Positions 1 through 9,692 are shown, counted from the stretch's first letter. The stretch: DNA of 64,000 nucleotides from Alphaproteobacteria bacterium (GCA_045639065.1 JAZUCK010000017.1:5752-69751), one strand, 5' to 3'. Notes: generated by a model from the letters alone, not told the origin. Numbers and translations are program-made.

Positions 1-350
1 GCAATAATATGATCGGTAGCCTGGTTGTAGGTTACTTTATCAGCTTTTAAGGTTAAATTTTGACGGATTATTTCGACGTTGCCTGTGGCAATAACAGTGT
101 CATTGGTCGAATCGTTTTCTAAGCTGTCGGCTGAAAAATGGATATCTATTTCCTCTTCGCCGCTGGCTTGCGGTTCGGCACTTAATACGTTTGTTATGTT
201 ATATTTAGGTTCAAGTTTTGCCGGTGATTTTGCCTTAGTCTCATTGATGGTTTTTTTAGTGTCTAAATCCACCATAGGCGATGTTTCGGCGTATGCAACA
301 GTAAATATAGCCAGCGATGAAAAACCAAGTAATAAAGTTTTTTTAAGCAT
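1..350 (-). CDS. lptD: LPS-assembly outer-membrane protein LptD, N-terminal part (gene continues beyond the window start)
   Basis: My own reverse translation from ATG at 350-348 gives MLKKTLLLGFSSLAIFTVAYAET... (signal peptide), then ...IHFSADSLENDSTNDTVIATGNVEIIRQNLTLKADKVTYNQATDHIIA. This is the OstA/LptD N-terminal beta-jellyroll signature. It overlaps the lptF stop by 8 nt. It is not in the ORF track because it is open at the window edge. Confidence 0.75.
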   Translation of the reverse strand, partial: MLKKTLLLGFSSLAIFTVAYAETSPMVDLDTKKTINETKAKSPAKLEPKYNITNVLSAEPQASGEEEIDIHFSADSLENDSTNDTVIATGNVEIIRQNLTLKADKVTYNQATDHII

Positions 351-1473
351 TGGCTACTCCTGTTTTTTTAGTGTTGAAAATGTTTAAAATATTTTGGTTT
401 ATCAAAATAGCAAAGCAACCAATCATTGGTAATATGATATTCGCATAAGTCAGGATAAGCCAGTATAGGTTTTTGGCCGCTAAGTTTCCGGAGATAAGAT
501 CAATAGCTTGAATTAACACAACGGATGTTAATGATATCGCAATGGTTTTGGTTTGTCCGCGACGATTAAAATTACTTACTAATATTCCGCAACAAGCAAT
601 CAGAGAATATAATATCGCCAAAAAAGGTCCTATAATACGTTTATTTGCTTCAACAAACCATTTTCTTTGGTCTGACGGGGATAGTGATGTGTTGTTAAAT
701 GCATTTATCAGCTCGCTGAAAGAATGTCTTCTTGCAGCGTCTTTTCCTTTTGATTTTGTGCCTTTTAAGCCAAAATCAACAGAGTATCTTTCAAAACTAA
801 CAGATGAAAAGCGTGAATTGTTTTTGCTTAACTCTTGGTGGGTGCCGTTTATTAAGACAATACGAGGACCGGAAGGTGTTGTGATAATAACACCTTTTTC
901 AGCGGTTATAGTAGAACGTTTATCGGGGTTGCGTTCATCGTTTATCATAATTCCGCTGACAGTGTTATCGTCTTCGTGTGAAGATATAAAAATGGTAAGT
1001 TTTTTATCTTTTTGAAGATTGGTAAATTCGCCCTCTCGGAACATAAGGTGTGAAACGTTGTTTTTAACTTTCCATTGCAAATCCTTAAAAGCACGTTCAG
1101 CTTGAGGAACACCATAGTTCATATTCCAGACGGTAAACAGTAATAGCGCGATACCAACCCAGACAGCAGGTCTTGCCAATTGATACGGACTGATGCCGGC
1201 AGACTTCATAACAACAAGTTCTTGATCTGACAACATACGATTATATACGAACAAAACAGCTGCAAATAGTGAAATAGGTGCAAGAATCGAGAAAATTCGA
1301 GGCATAAGCAGAGATGTCATCTTTATGAATATAGAAATTGAAATACCGTCAGATGCGATTAAATCAAGGAATCGCAAAGATTGTGACAACCAAATGATTG
1401 ACATCAAAGAGAAGCTTACCAGTAAAAAACCGATAATTATTTGTTTTGTTATATATAAATTTAGCTTTTTCAT
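343..1473 (-). CDS. lptF: LPS export ABC transporter permease LptF (YjgP/YjgQ family)
   Basis: 376 aa, multi-TM. The N-terminus ...IIWLSQSLRFLDLIASDGISISIF...LAPISLFAAVLFVYNRMLSDQELVVMKSAGIS is typical of the LptF/LptG family. The LptF versus LptG assignment rests on the N-terminal Q-x-L-R-x-L...DG pattern. Confidence 0.85.
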   Translation of the reverse strand: MKKLNLYITKQIIIGFLLVSFSLMSIIWLSQSLRFLDLIASDGISISIFIKMTSLLMPRIFSILAPISLFAAVLFVYNRMLSDQELVVMKSAGISPYQLARPAVWVGIALLLFTVWNMNYGVPQAERAFKDLQWKVKNNVSHLMFREGEFTNLQKDKKLTIFISSHEDDNTVSGIMINDERNPDKRSTITAEKGVIITTPSGPRIVLINGTHQELSKNNSRFSSVSFERYSVDFGLKGTKSKGKDAARRHSFSELINAFNNTSLSPSDQRKWFVEANKRIIGPFLAILYSLIACCGILVSNFNRRGQTKTIAISLTSVVLIQAIDLISGNLAAKNLYWLILTYANIILPMIGCFAILINQNILNIFNTKKTGVANA

Positions 1474-1641
1474 AAGGGGCGATTATAATAGCTTTATTTT
1501 ATATTTAAAGTTTTTTGTGCTCTTTGGTTTCATTTTTGTGAATATTGAAAATAAAATGGTGTAGCAACTAATAAATAGCTTGAAATCGGGGATAAAATCT
1601 TTATCATTTTTGTTGAACATTGTTATAACAAGGAGAAAATT

Positions 1642-2115
1642 ATGGTAGATGTTTCTCAAGCAGCGCAAACCGCTAATAAATGGCGTAAAAAGCGCGGTTC
1701 TTTAATTATGGCTTTACATGAAATTCAAGGTGTTAAGGGATATATCGATTGGCAAGATGCTATGGATGTTGCTGCCGGTATGGATATTCCTTTGGCCAGA
1801 ATTTATGAAGTTTTGACGTTTTATAACTTTTTCAAATTGGAAGCTCCGGGTAAGGCTGTTATTTCGGTTTGTACGGGTACAGCTTGTTATTTGAAAGGTA
1901 ACGATAAGGTATTAGAAAAGTTCAAGCAGGAATTAGGTATCGAAGAAGGTGAAAGTACACCGGATAAGATGTTCCATTTACAAAGTGTACGTTGCGTGGG
2001 TTGTTGCGGTTTGGCACCTGTGTGTGTGGTTAACGGCAAAACTTATGGTCGTGTTACACCTGATGATGTTCCGGTTATTTTGAACGAATGGCGCAAAACT
2101 TTTGAGGAGAATTAA
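1642..2115 (+). CDS. hydC: [FeFe]-hydrogenase NuoE-like [2Fe-2S] subunit (HydC/HndA type)
   Basis: 157 aa. Thioredoxin-like 2Fe-2S ferredoxin fold with Cys motifs VCTGTACYLKG and VRCVGCCGLAPV. AGGAG-type RBS upstream. First gene of a tightly packed three-gene operon. Confidence 0.9.
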   Translation: MVDVSQAAQTANKWRKKRGSLIMALHEIQGVKGYIDWQDAMDVAAGMDIPLARIYEVLTFYNFFKLEAPGKAVISVCTGTACYLKGNDKVLEKFKQELGIEEGESTPDKMFHLQSVRCVGCCGLAPVCVVNGKTYGRVTPDDVPVILNEWRKTFEEN

Positions 2116-2117
2116 AA

Positions 2118-3791
2118 ATGGCCGTAACTGATTTAGATAAAAGATTTGATATTCATGCCATTGCTGAAACAAAGCTTGCAGAAATCGAAAAATATAAATG
2201 CAGTATTTATTGTTGCCACTCGACAGGTTGTAAATCTTCGGGCAGTGACGGAATCCTCGATTTGTTAAAAAACGTTGTTGCTGAAAAACAAGTTGAAGAT
2301 AAAGTCAGAATCGTAGCAACAGGTTGTATGGGACTTTGTGCTCAAGGACCTCTTATCAGAGTTGAAGTAAAAGGACAAAAAGATGTTTTGTTCAAACGTG
2401 TTGATTTAGAAGCCGTTCAAAACATTATGGATAAATATGTGTTGCCTTCAATCGAAAGTGATAAACCGTTAGAGGTTCCTCATGATTTGGAACAATATGT
2501 GTTGTCTTTGGAATTGCCGTTCTTTACAAAACAAGAAAAAGTTGTGTTGAAAAACGCAGGTCATATGGATCCTGAAGATATTCAAGAATATATGGCAAGA
2601 GGCGGTTATTTGGCTTTGGAAAAAGCTTTGAAAAATATGACACCGGCCCAAGTTGTTGAAGAAATTAAAAAGTCAGGCTTGAGAGGTCGTGGCGGTGGTG
2701 GTTTTTCTACCGGTATGAAATGGGAATTAGCTGCTAAGGTTCCGACTATTGATGAGAAGTTTATCATTTGTAACGGCGATGAAGGCGATCCGGGAGCTTA
2801 TATGGACCGCTCAATCTTGGAAGGTGATCCGCACGCCGTTATCGAGGGTATGATGATTGCTGCTTATGCTATCGGTGCTACAGAAGGTTGGTTCTATGTA
2901 CGTGCCGAATATCCTTTGGCAGTTGAAAGATTGGAAAAAGCTATTAAGGCTTGTAAGAAGAACAGATTGCTTGGTAACAATATTATGGGTACTGATTTTT
3001 GCTTTAATATTGATATCAGACTTGGTGCCGGTGCGTTTGTTTGTGGTGAAGAAACTGCTCTTATTCACTCTATTGAAGGTGCCAGAGGTACTCCGAGACC
3101 AAGACCTCCATATCCGACAAACAAAGGTTTGTGGGGTAAGCCGTCTTGTGTTAACAACGTTGAAACTTTGGCAAACGTATCTAAGATTTTGCTTAAAGGA
3201 GCTGATTGGTTTGCTTCTTTCGGTACCGAAACATCTAAGGGTACAAAAGTGTTTGCTTTGACCGGTCAGGTTGAGCACTCAGGTTTGATTGAAGTTCCGA
3301 TGGGAACAACAATTAACGAAATCGTTAATGAAATCGGCGGTGGTGTGCCAAACGGCAAAACATTGAAAGCCGTTCAATCAGGCGGACCTTCCGGTGGTGT
3401 GATTCCAAAAGATTATATGAATATGCCGGTATGTTATGAGGAATTGAAAAAAATCGGTTCTATCATGGGTTCGGGCGGTATGATTGTTATGGATGATACA
3501 TCAGACATGGTTTCAATCGCTAAATTCTACTTAGACTTTACCGTTGATGAATCTTGCGGAAAATGTTCTCCTTGCAGAATCGGCGGTAAACAAATGCTCA
3601 ATTTGTTGGATAAAATCAACAAAGGAAAAGGTACAAAAGCAGATTTGGAACAGTTGAAAAAAATTGCTTCGGCAATGAAAAAAGCTTCGCTTTGCGGACT
3701 TGGTCAAACAGCTCCAAACCCTGTATTGTCAACCTTGAAATTCTATGAAAAAGAATATTTAGATAAACTAGTTGATGCAGAGGAGAAATAA
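2118..3791 (+). CDS. hydB: [FeFe]-hydrogenase NuoF-like flavoprotein subunit (HydB/HndC type), NAD(H)/FMN-binding
   Basis: 557 aa. Contains an N-terminal 2Fe-2S thioredoxin-like domain (CCHSTGCKSSG...TGCMGLCAQGP), the FMN motif GRGGGGFSTGMKWE, the NADH motif GAGAFVCGEETALIHSIEG, and an N3-type 4Fe-4S site (ESCGKCSPCR...LCGLGQTAPNPV). The protein ends directly after the N3 region. Confidence 0.92.
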   Translation: MAVTDLDKRFDIHAIAETKLAEIEKYKCSIYCCHSTGCKSSGSDGILDLLKNVVAEKQVEDKVRIVATGCMGLCAQGPLIRVEVKGQKDVLFKRVDLEAVQNIMDKYVLPSIESDKPLEVPHDLEQYVLSLELPFFTKQEKVVLKNAGHMDPEDIQEYMARGGYLALEKALKNMTPAQVVEEIKKSGLRGRGGGGFSTGMKWELAAKVPTIDEKFIICNGDEGDPGAYMDRSILEGDPHAVIEGMMIAAYAIGATEGWFYVRAEYPLAVERLEKAIKACKKNRLLGNNIMGTDFCFNIDIRLGAGAFVCGEETALIHSIEGARGTPRPRPPYPTNKGLWGKPSCVNNVETLANVSKILLKGADWFASFGTETSKGTKVFALTGQVEHSGLIEVPMGTTINEIVNEIGGGVPNGKTLKAVQSGGPSGGVIPKDYMNMPVCYEELKKIGSIMGSGGMIVMDDTSDMVSIAKFYLDFTVDESCGKCSPCRIGGKQMLNLLDKINKGKGTKADLEQLKKIASAMKKASLCGLGQTAPNPVLSTLKFYEKEYLDKLVDAEEK

Positions 3792-3792
3792 T

Positions 3793-5556
3793 ATGGTTAA
3801 GCTTAAGATTGATAATATTGAAGTTGAAGTTGAAGCCGGTACCAGTATTTTGGACGCTGCGCGCAAAGCTCAAATAAATATTCCGACATTGTGTAAACAC
3901 CCTGATGTTGATCCGAGTGCAGGTTGCGGTTTGTGTATTGTTAAAGTAAACGGTCGTATTATCCGCTCTTGTTGTACTCCGGTTGCTGAGGGTATGGAAG
4001 TTATTACCAATGACAGCGAACTTAGAGAAACCAGAAAAACCGTATTGGAACTTATTTTGAGTAATCACCCTAATGATTGCTTGAAATGTGCTAGAAGCGG
4101 TCAATGCGAATTGCAAGAAATGGCTTCTCATTTGGGCGTAGATAGAGACGAGATTGAAAAGATTGTAGATGAAAGCGAATTAGATGATTCTACACAAGCC
4201 ATCGTTTTAGATCCGTCAAAATGCGTTGTTTGCGGTCGCTGTGTTGACATTTGCCAAAACGTTCAAAATGTTTGGGCTTTGAGTTATTTAAATCGTGGTT
4301 TGGCAACAAAAATTACCGGTGCTAATGACGCAAAATTGGCTGATACTCCTTGTATTAAATGCGGTCAATGTGCTGTTCACTGTCCTACCGGTGCAATTGT
4401 CGAATATGACGAAACTCAAAAAGTTTGGGATATGATTAAGGACAAAGAAACAGTTACCATAGTACAAATTGCTCCGGCCGTAAGAGTGGCTTTGGGTGAA
4501 GAATTCGGTTATGAATTCGGAGCTAATGTTACAGAAAAAATCTATGCCGCTTTGAGAAGAATTGGCTTTGATAAAGTGTTTGATACAAACTTTGGTGCTG
4601 ACTTGACAATTATTGAAGAAGCAAGCGAGTTTGTAAAACGCTTTACCAATAACGATAATTTACCGATGTTTACATCTTGCTGTCCGGCATGGGTTGATTA
4701 TATTGAAAAATATTATCCTGAACACTTGCCAAACTTGTCATCTTGTAAATCACCGCATCAAATGGTCGGTGCTTTGGCTAAGACATACTATGCACAAAAA
4801 ATGGGCTTAGATGCATCTAAGGTCAAAGTAATTTCGATTATGCCTTGTACGGCTAAAAAATGGGAAGTAAGACGTCATGAAACTATGGCTTCTTCTGGTT
4901 ACCAAGATGTTGATGTTGTTTTGACAACTCGTGAATTAGCCAAAATGATACGTCAAGCCGGTGTAAGCTTTAAGTCATTACAAGGTGAGCCTGCTGACAG
5001 TCCGTTGGGTGAATATTCCGGTGCAGCTACAATCTTTGGCGTAACCGGCGGTGTTATGACTGCAGCTTTGCGTACCGCATATTTCTACATTACAGGTAAA
5101 GAACTCGGTCAACTCAACTTTGAGGCTATCGAAGGTCTTGAGGATGTTAAAGTTGCCGAAGTTGATATTAACGGTACCAAAATCAGAATTGCCGTTGTAA
5201 ACGGTGTAGGTAATGTCGAAGAAGTTATGGAAAATATTCGTGCAGCTCAAGAAGCCGGTGAGGATTTGCCATATCACTTTATCGAAGTTATGGCTTGTCC
5301 GGGAGGTTGTATCTCGGGTGGTGGTCAACCAAAAGTTATGATGCAACATTTGGAAAAACCATGGGGTATTACCGACGAGATTAGAAAGCTTCGTTCAAAA
5401 GGCTTAAATACTGAAGATGCTCAGGCTAAAAACCGTCTTTCTCACCACAACGAATCAGTTAAGAAACTTTATGATGAGTTTCTTGGTGAAGCCGGCGGTC
5501 ATAAGTCGCACGAGTTGTTGCATACTAAGTATCGTCAGCGTAACGTCTACAAATAA
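3793..5556 (+). CDS. hydA: [FeFe]-hydrogenase catalytic subunit HydA (M3-type, with C-terminal small-subunit-like tail)
   Basis: All three H-cluster motifs are present: FTSCCPAW, MPCTAKKWE and EVMACPGGCISGGGQP. There is an N-terminal 2Fe-2S domain (MVKLKIDNIEVEV...LCKH), a His-ligated 4Fe-4S and 2x[4Fe-4S] (CVVCGRCVDIC, CIKCGQCAVHCP). I moved the start to ATG 3793, which follows the AGGAGA RBS and the hydB stop at 3789-3791. The track start at 3772 overlaps hydB. Confidence 0.95.
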   Translation: MVKLKIDNIEVEVEAGTSILDAARKAQINIPTLCKHPDVDPSAGCGLCIVKVNGRIIRSCCTPVAEGMEVITNDSELRETRKTVLELILSNHPNDCLKCARSGQCELQEMASHLGVDRDEIEKIVDESELDDSTQAIVLDPSKCVVCGRCVDICQNVQNVWALSYLNRGLATKITGANDAKLADTPCIKCGQCAVHCPTGAIVEYDETQKVWDMIKDKETVTIVQIAPAVRVALGEEFGYEFGANVTEKIYAALRRIGFDKVFDTNFGADLTIIEEASEFVKRFTNNDNLPMFTSCCPAWVDYIEKYYPEHLPNLSSCKSPHQMVGALAKTYYAQKMGLDASKVKVISIMPCTAKKWEVRRHETMASSGYQDVDVVLTTRELAKMIRQAGVSFKSLQGEPADSPLGEYSGAATIFGVTGGVMTAALRTAYFYITGKELGQLNFEAIEGLEDVKVAEVDINGTKIRIAVVNGVGNVEEVMENIRAAQEAGEDLPYHFIEVMACPGGCISGGGQPKVMMQHLEKPWGITDEIRKLRSKGLNTEDAQAKNRLSHHNESVKKLYDEFLGEAGGHKSHELLHTKYRQRNVYK

Positions 5557-5752
5557 AAAAGGCGTCTAAAAGTTTTCTAGAGCCATTTTCTGCGGGCGAG
5601 AAAAATTCATGTACTTCTTTGTACACTAAAATTTTTCTCGCCTTGAAAATAACTCTATAAATTCTTTTATTCGCCTTTTTTGTACACTCCGCTTTCGCCG
5701 TCCTTTTTTGCTTCTATTATTCTCATTCTCCGAGTTTTTTGTACAACAAAAG

Positions 5753-5781
5753 AAAGAGCAACTCTTGCGAGTTGCTCTTTT
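5753..5781 (+). terminator. Intrinsic terminator-like hairpin about 200 nt downstream of hydA
   Basis: AAAGAGCAACTC-ttgc-GAGTTGCTCTTT: a perfect 12-bp stem with a 4-nt loop, followed by T. An A-run on the left gives it a bidirectional appearance. Confidence 0.5.
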
Positions 5782-6132
5782 GAATTTCTCTTTTCCTTTC
5801 GGATCCTTTCGGAAAAGATATGATTTCCTGTTACAATCCTTTATGTGATTGCAGTTTTGGCGAAAAAGTACCAATGGCTTTTTCTTGACCTATGCCGATC
5901 AAAAAATGGTCAATAATAATTGGCTCTCGCATTTGTTCTTCCTCTGCTTGGTCCACAGCGAATATACTAAAATCCATAAACATTATTACAGTATTTATAT
6001 TTGTTATACCCGCTAATATAACAAACAAAATAATATAAACCGAATATTTCTTTTAATATATCGAACAAAATGCACATGTTGAGTATCCTCCGTTCAGGAA
6101 AGCTTTTCATTTCAAAATACAAATCAGCCTAC

Positions 6133-6163
6133 AAAAAATGTTATTAACGGATAACATTTTTTG
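6133..6163. terminator. Bidirectional terminator-like hairpin inside the hydA-infB non-coding gap
   Basis: AAAAAATGTTAT-taacgg-ATAACATTTTTT: a perfect inverted repeat flanked by A and T runs. Confidence 0.5.
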
Positions 6164-6374
6164 ACCTCATAGTACAAGCTTACAACTGCTTTATACTTGA
6201 GTACCTAAAATCATAACATCCGTTTGTATTAGTGTACAACTACTAATACACAACCCATATTCGTGACATGGCCGTTGCCGGTGTTAGAGACTTGCTTGTT
6301 GAATGACAGTTCTTTACATAATAAGATTCGTGCGCCCTAATAATACTTTTACATTTATTATAATACCACGTTTA

Positions 6375-6384
6375 CCCCCCCCCC
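6375..6384. repeat. Homopolymeric C10 tract (G10 on the minus strand) in an AT-rich intergenic region
   Basis: Read directly: tttaCCCCCCCCCCatgtcaag. Confidence 0.9.
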
Positions 6385-6491
6385 ATGTCAAGTCTTTTAA
6401 CCTATTGAAATTCAATAATAAAATAAGATTTTTTTTACGAGCGTAAGAAAAATATAGCTATTTTTTATTCGAGTCGAAATTTATTACTAAC

Positions 6492-6523
6492 AAAAAACCA
6501 CCCCGTTTTGATGACGGGGTGGT
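6492..6523 (-). terminator. Rho-independent terminator of infB
   Basis: Minus strand reads ACCACCCCGUCAUCAAAACGGGGUGGU followed by UUUUUGUU, 20 nt after the infB stop. Confidence 0.8.
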
Positions 6524-6543
6524 TTTGTAATATTTGCTTTTTC

Positions 6544-9039
6544 TTATTGCAATTTGGCGGCGATTTCTTCAATCTCATAACATTCAATAAAGTCGCCTTT
6601 TTGAATGTCATTATAATTTTCAAATGAAATACCGCACTCAAAGCCTTCTTTGACTTCTTTAACATCGTCTTTGAAGCGTTTGAGTTGTCCGATAGCGCCG
6701 TCGTGAATAACTACGTTATCACGCAACAGGCGGATTTTGGCACCGCGTTTGACCATACCTTCGGTAATCATACAACCACCAACCTTACCGACACCGGTAA
6801 TATTATAAACTTCACGAATTTCGGCATAACCGAGCAATTTTTCACGAAGTTCGGGTGAGAGCATACCTTCCAAACCTTTCTTAATGTCGTCTAATACATC
6901 GTAAATGATTGAGTAGTATTTAATCTCGACATTGTCACGACGAGCCATATCTCTGGCCTGAGCATTAGCACGAACGTTAAAGCCGATAATCAAAGCATTT
7001 GATGCTTTGGCCAAGGTAACGTCAGATTCTGAAATACCACCAACGGCAGAGTGCAAGATTTGAACCTTAACTTCGTCGTTAGAAAGTTTGGAAACAGTAC
7101 CTTCAATAGCTTCGATAGAGCCTTGAACGTCGGCTTTGATAATAATCGGCAAGTTTTTAACTTCTCCTGACTTAATCTTATCAAGCATTTGTTCCATAGC
7201 TGATTTAGCTGATTTGACCAATTTGGCTTCGCGTTCTTTGCGGATACGATATCCGGTAATTTCTTTGGCTTTGCCTTCGTCAGCAACGGCGATAATATCA
7301 TCACCGGCAGAAGGTGTTCCTTGAAGACCTAAAATCTCTACAGGAGTTGCCGGTCCGGCTTCAAATACTTTTTGACCGTGTTCGTTAAACATTGCACGAA
7401 CGTGTCCCCATTCTTTACCGGCGATAACGACATCACCAATTTTTAAGGTACCTTTTTGAACCAAAGCTGTAACAACCGTACCACGGCCTTTTTCCATTTT
7501 GGCTTCGACAACTACGCCTTCGCCGTTGCGGTTAGGATTGGCTTTGAGGTCGAGCATTTCGGCTTGGAGCAAGATAGCTTCAACCAACTTATCGATATTG
7601 ATGCGCTTTTTAGCAGAAACTTCGGCACATAAGCATTCGCCACCCATTTCTTCAACACCAATACCATGTTGCAACAATGTTGTTTTAACTTTCATCGGAT
7701 CGGCAGCCGGCAAGTCAATTTTGTTAATAGCCACTACGATAGGCACTTCGGCTGCTTGAGCGTGACGAATAGCTTCGATGGTTTGGGGCATAATACCGTC
7801 GTTAGCGGCAACAACCAGTACTACAATATCGGTAACTTTGGCACCACGAGCGCGCATTTCGGAGAATGCTTCGTGACCAGGTGTATCAATAAAGGTAATT
7901 TTATCGCCCGAAGGAACGGTAATTTGATAAGCACCGATGTGTTGGGTGATACCGCCGGCTTCACGAGCTACGACGTTAGTTTCACGAAGAGCATCAAGCA
8001 GAGATGTCTTTCCATGGTCAACGTGTCCCATAACAGTGACAACCGGAGCTCGTGCCAGTAGTGTATCTGCAGAATCATCTTGTTTGTACAAACCTTCTTC
8101 AACATCACTATCGGCAACGCGTTTGAATTTGTGACCAAATTCTTCAACAATAATTTGTGCTGTATCTGCATCAATAGGTTGGTTGATTGTTGCCATAACG
8201 CCTAATGACATAAGTTTTTTGATAACTTCCGCAGATTTTTCGGCCATACGATTGGCTAGTTCTTGAACTGTAATAATCTCAGGAATAACCACTTCTTTGA
8301 TGACTTTTTCGGTTGGTGCAACTTGAACAACCGGTTTTGGTTGTTTTTTCTTAAATCTGCGTCTCGGGCCTCCAAATCCGTAATCATCATCGTCATCATC
8401 GGTACCGATGTTATGGATACTTACTTTACCGGAACGACGTTGCGGTTCAAAAGAACGTTTGGTAATTTGTTTTTTGCGCTCTTGTTCAAAAACATCTTCT
8501 TTCGAAACAGGTTTTTTGTTGTTTGAATGACGGGTGTTTTCTTCTTCGTCATCGTCATCATCAAATGAGCGTTTTTGACGTTCTTTAAACTTATTTAAAG
8601 CACGATTTTCTGTTTCGGATTGAGCTGCAGAAATAGATTCTTGTTGAGCCTTTTGGGCCTCTTGTTTAGCTTTTTGAGCTTCTTGTTGAGCTTTTTCTTC
8701 GGCAATTCTTTTTTCTTCTTCTTCTTTTTCTTTAAGTTTTTTCAGCTCTTCTTCTTTAATTTTTTGTCTTTGAACGTTGCGCTCTTCCTCTTCCTGACGG
8801 CGCTTGTTATCAAACTCTTTGGCTTCGGCAATGAGTTTTAATTTTGCGGCTGTTTCTTCATCAATTTGTGGTTTTTGAACCTTTTGTTCAACAGCCTGAC
8901 CGATAACTCTCTTTTTTCTTACCTCAACCTGAATCATCTTTTTACCATCATTAGATGGTTTTGGGGTATTGCCCAATTTGAGTGTTAGGGTAGATTTTCC
9001 TGATAATGTTAATTTCTTTTTTGCATTATCTTCTGTCAT
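6544..9039 (-). CDS. infB: Translation initiation factor IF-2
   Basis: 831 aa. The G domain carries [22 protein letters not shown] and NKID. There is an acidic/lysine-rich N-terminal region and the conserved C-terminal domains. Confidence 0.97.
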   Translation of the reverse strand: MTEDNAKKKLTLSGKSTLTLKLGNTPKPSNDGKKMIQVEVRKKRVIGQAVEQKVQKPQIDEETAAKLKLIAEAKEFDNKRRQEEEERNVQRQKIKEEELKKLKEKEEEEKRIAEEKAQQEAQKAKQEAQKAQQESISAAQSETENRALNKFKERQKRSFDDDDDEEENTRHSNNKKPVSKEDVFEQERKKQITKRSFEPQRRSGKVSIHNIGTDDDDDDYGFGGPRRRFKKKQPKPVVQVAPTEKVIKEVVIPEIITVQELANRMAEKSAEVIKKLMSLGVMATINQPIDADTAQIIVEEFGHKFKRVADSDVEEGLYKQDDSADTLLARAPVVTVMGHVDHGKTSLLDALRETNVVAREAGGITQHIGAYQITVPSGDKITFIDTPGHEAFSEMRARGAKVTDIVVLVVAANDGIMPQTIEAIRHAQAAEVPIVVAINKIDLPAADPMKVKTTLLQHGIGVEEMGGECLCAEVSAKKRINIDKLVEAILLQAEMLDLKANPNRNGEGVVVEAKMEKGRGTVVTALVQKGTLKIGDVVIAGKEWGHVRAMFNEHGQKVFEAGPATPVEILGLQGTPSAGDDIIAVADEGKAKEITGYRIRKEREAKLVKSAKSAMEQMLDKIKSGEVKNLPIIIKADVQGSIEAIEGTVSKLSNDEVKVQILHSAVGGISESDVTLAKASNALIIGFNVRANAQARDMARRDNVEIKYYSIIYDVLDDIKKGLEGMLSPELREKLLGYAEIREVYNITGVGKVGGCMITEGMVKRGAKIRLLRDNVVIHDGAIGQLKRFKDDVKEVKEGFECGISFENYNDIQKGDFIECYEIEEIAAKLQ

Positions 9040-9064
9040 ATATTATTACTCCGTTTTTTTACAT

Positions 9065-9634
9065 TTAGTTGTTTAAGAATGAGGTTAGTCGAACGAACGT
9101 TTCTCTAACCGAACTTGCCATAGCGCCTTTGATAAAGGCTAAATGAACTGTGTTTTCTTTTGCTAATTCTTTGTCTAACTCCTCAATCTTAAACAAATTA
9201 AAAACTTCTATATTTTTGGCTAAGGACATAATTTTGTTATGACCGTCAGCTCCAGCATCTTGAGCTTCGAGCAAAAATGCTACATTGTTTTTTTTCAAAG
9301 CTTCTTTAACCTTGTCCATACCTGAAACCATTGCGCCGGCTTTGCGAGCCAAAGAAATGGTGCTTAGGGCTTGTTTGAAAAGCAAAAATTCTACTTGTTC
9401 AACAAGTTCGTGATTTGCTTTTACTGTTTTTTTGAGAGCTTTTCCGAACAAATTGGAATTTATGGCTTTTTCTAAAGATTTTTTAGAGATTTTGACATAA
9501 ATTCCTTTGCCGTTAAGCTTTTTTTTGAAATCGGGAACGATTGTGTTGTCGGGGAGCGCAACAAAGCGTAACAAATTCTCTTTTTCGAGAATTTCTCCTG
9601 TGGCAATACATTTTCTAGTCGTTTCTTTTTTCAT
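9065..9634 (-). CDS. YlxR (DUF448)-like RNA-binding protein fused to an L7Ae/YlxQ-like domain
   Basis: 189 aa located between nusA and infB. The N-terminus RKCIATGEILEKENLLRFV is DUF448-like. The C-terminal half (ISLARKAGAMVSGMDKVKEALKKNNVAFLLEAQDAG) is L7Ae-like. Confidence 0.8.
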   Translation of the reverse strand: MKKETTRKCIATGEILEKENLLRFVALPDNTIVPDFKKKLNGKGIYVKISKKSLEKAINSNLFGKALKKTVKANHELVEQVEFLLFKQALSTISLARKAGAMVSGMDKVKEALKKNNVAFLLEAQDAGADGHNKIMSLAKNIEVFNLFKIEELDKELAKENTVHLAFIKGAMASSVRETFVRLTSFLNN

Positions 9635-9692
9635 TTTTTATTCCGTTGCATTAGCCGGAAAGCTTAAAACTTTCCGGCTAATCATAGTGTTA

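Noticed and set aside
79-387. 102-aa plus-strand ORF at the window start
   Set aside because: It is antisense to the lptD N-terminal coding region, which has a clear signal peptide and OstA-domain sequence.
5626-6028. Two overlapping minus-strand ORFs (82 aa and 65 aa) in the hydA-infB gap
   Set aside because: The 65-aa ORF starts at a TTG. Neither has a recognisable RBS. The 82-aa ORF is Lys/Arg-rich low-complexity sequence running through the terminator hairpins. Neither resembles any family I know. They could at most be pseudogene remnants.
5557-6543. Known housekeeping RNAs (tmRNA, RNase P RNA, 6S, SRP RNA) hiding in the long gaps (also 39218-40123 and 57924-58417)
   Set aside because: I could not find the diagnostic motifs in either strand: the RNase P GGAAAGUCCGG/ACAGNRA motifs, the tmRNA tRNA-like end with tag ORF, or the SRP GGAAGCAGCC domain IV. 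This remains formally untested without a covariance-model search.
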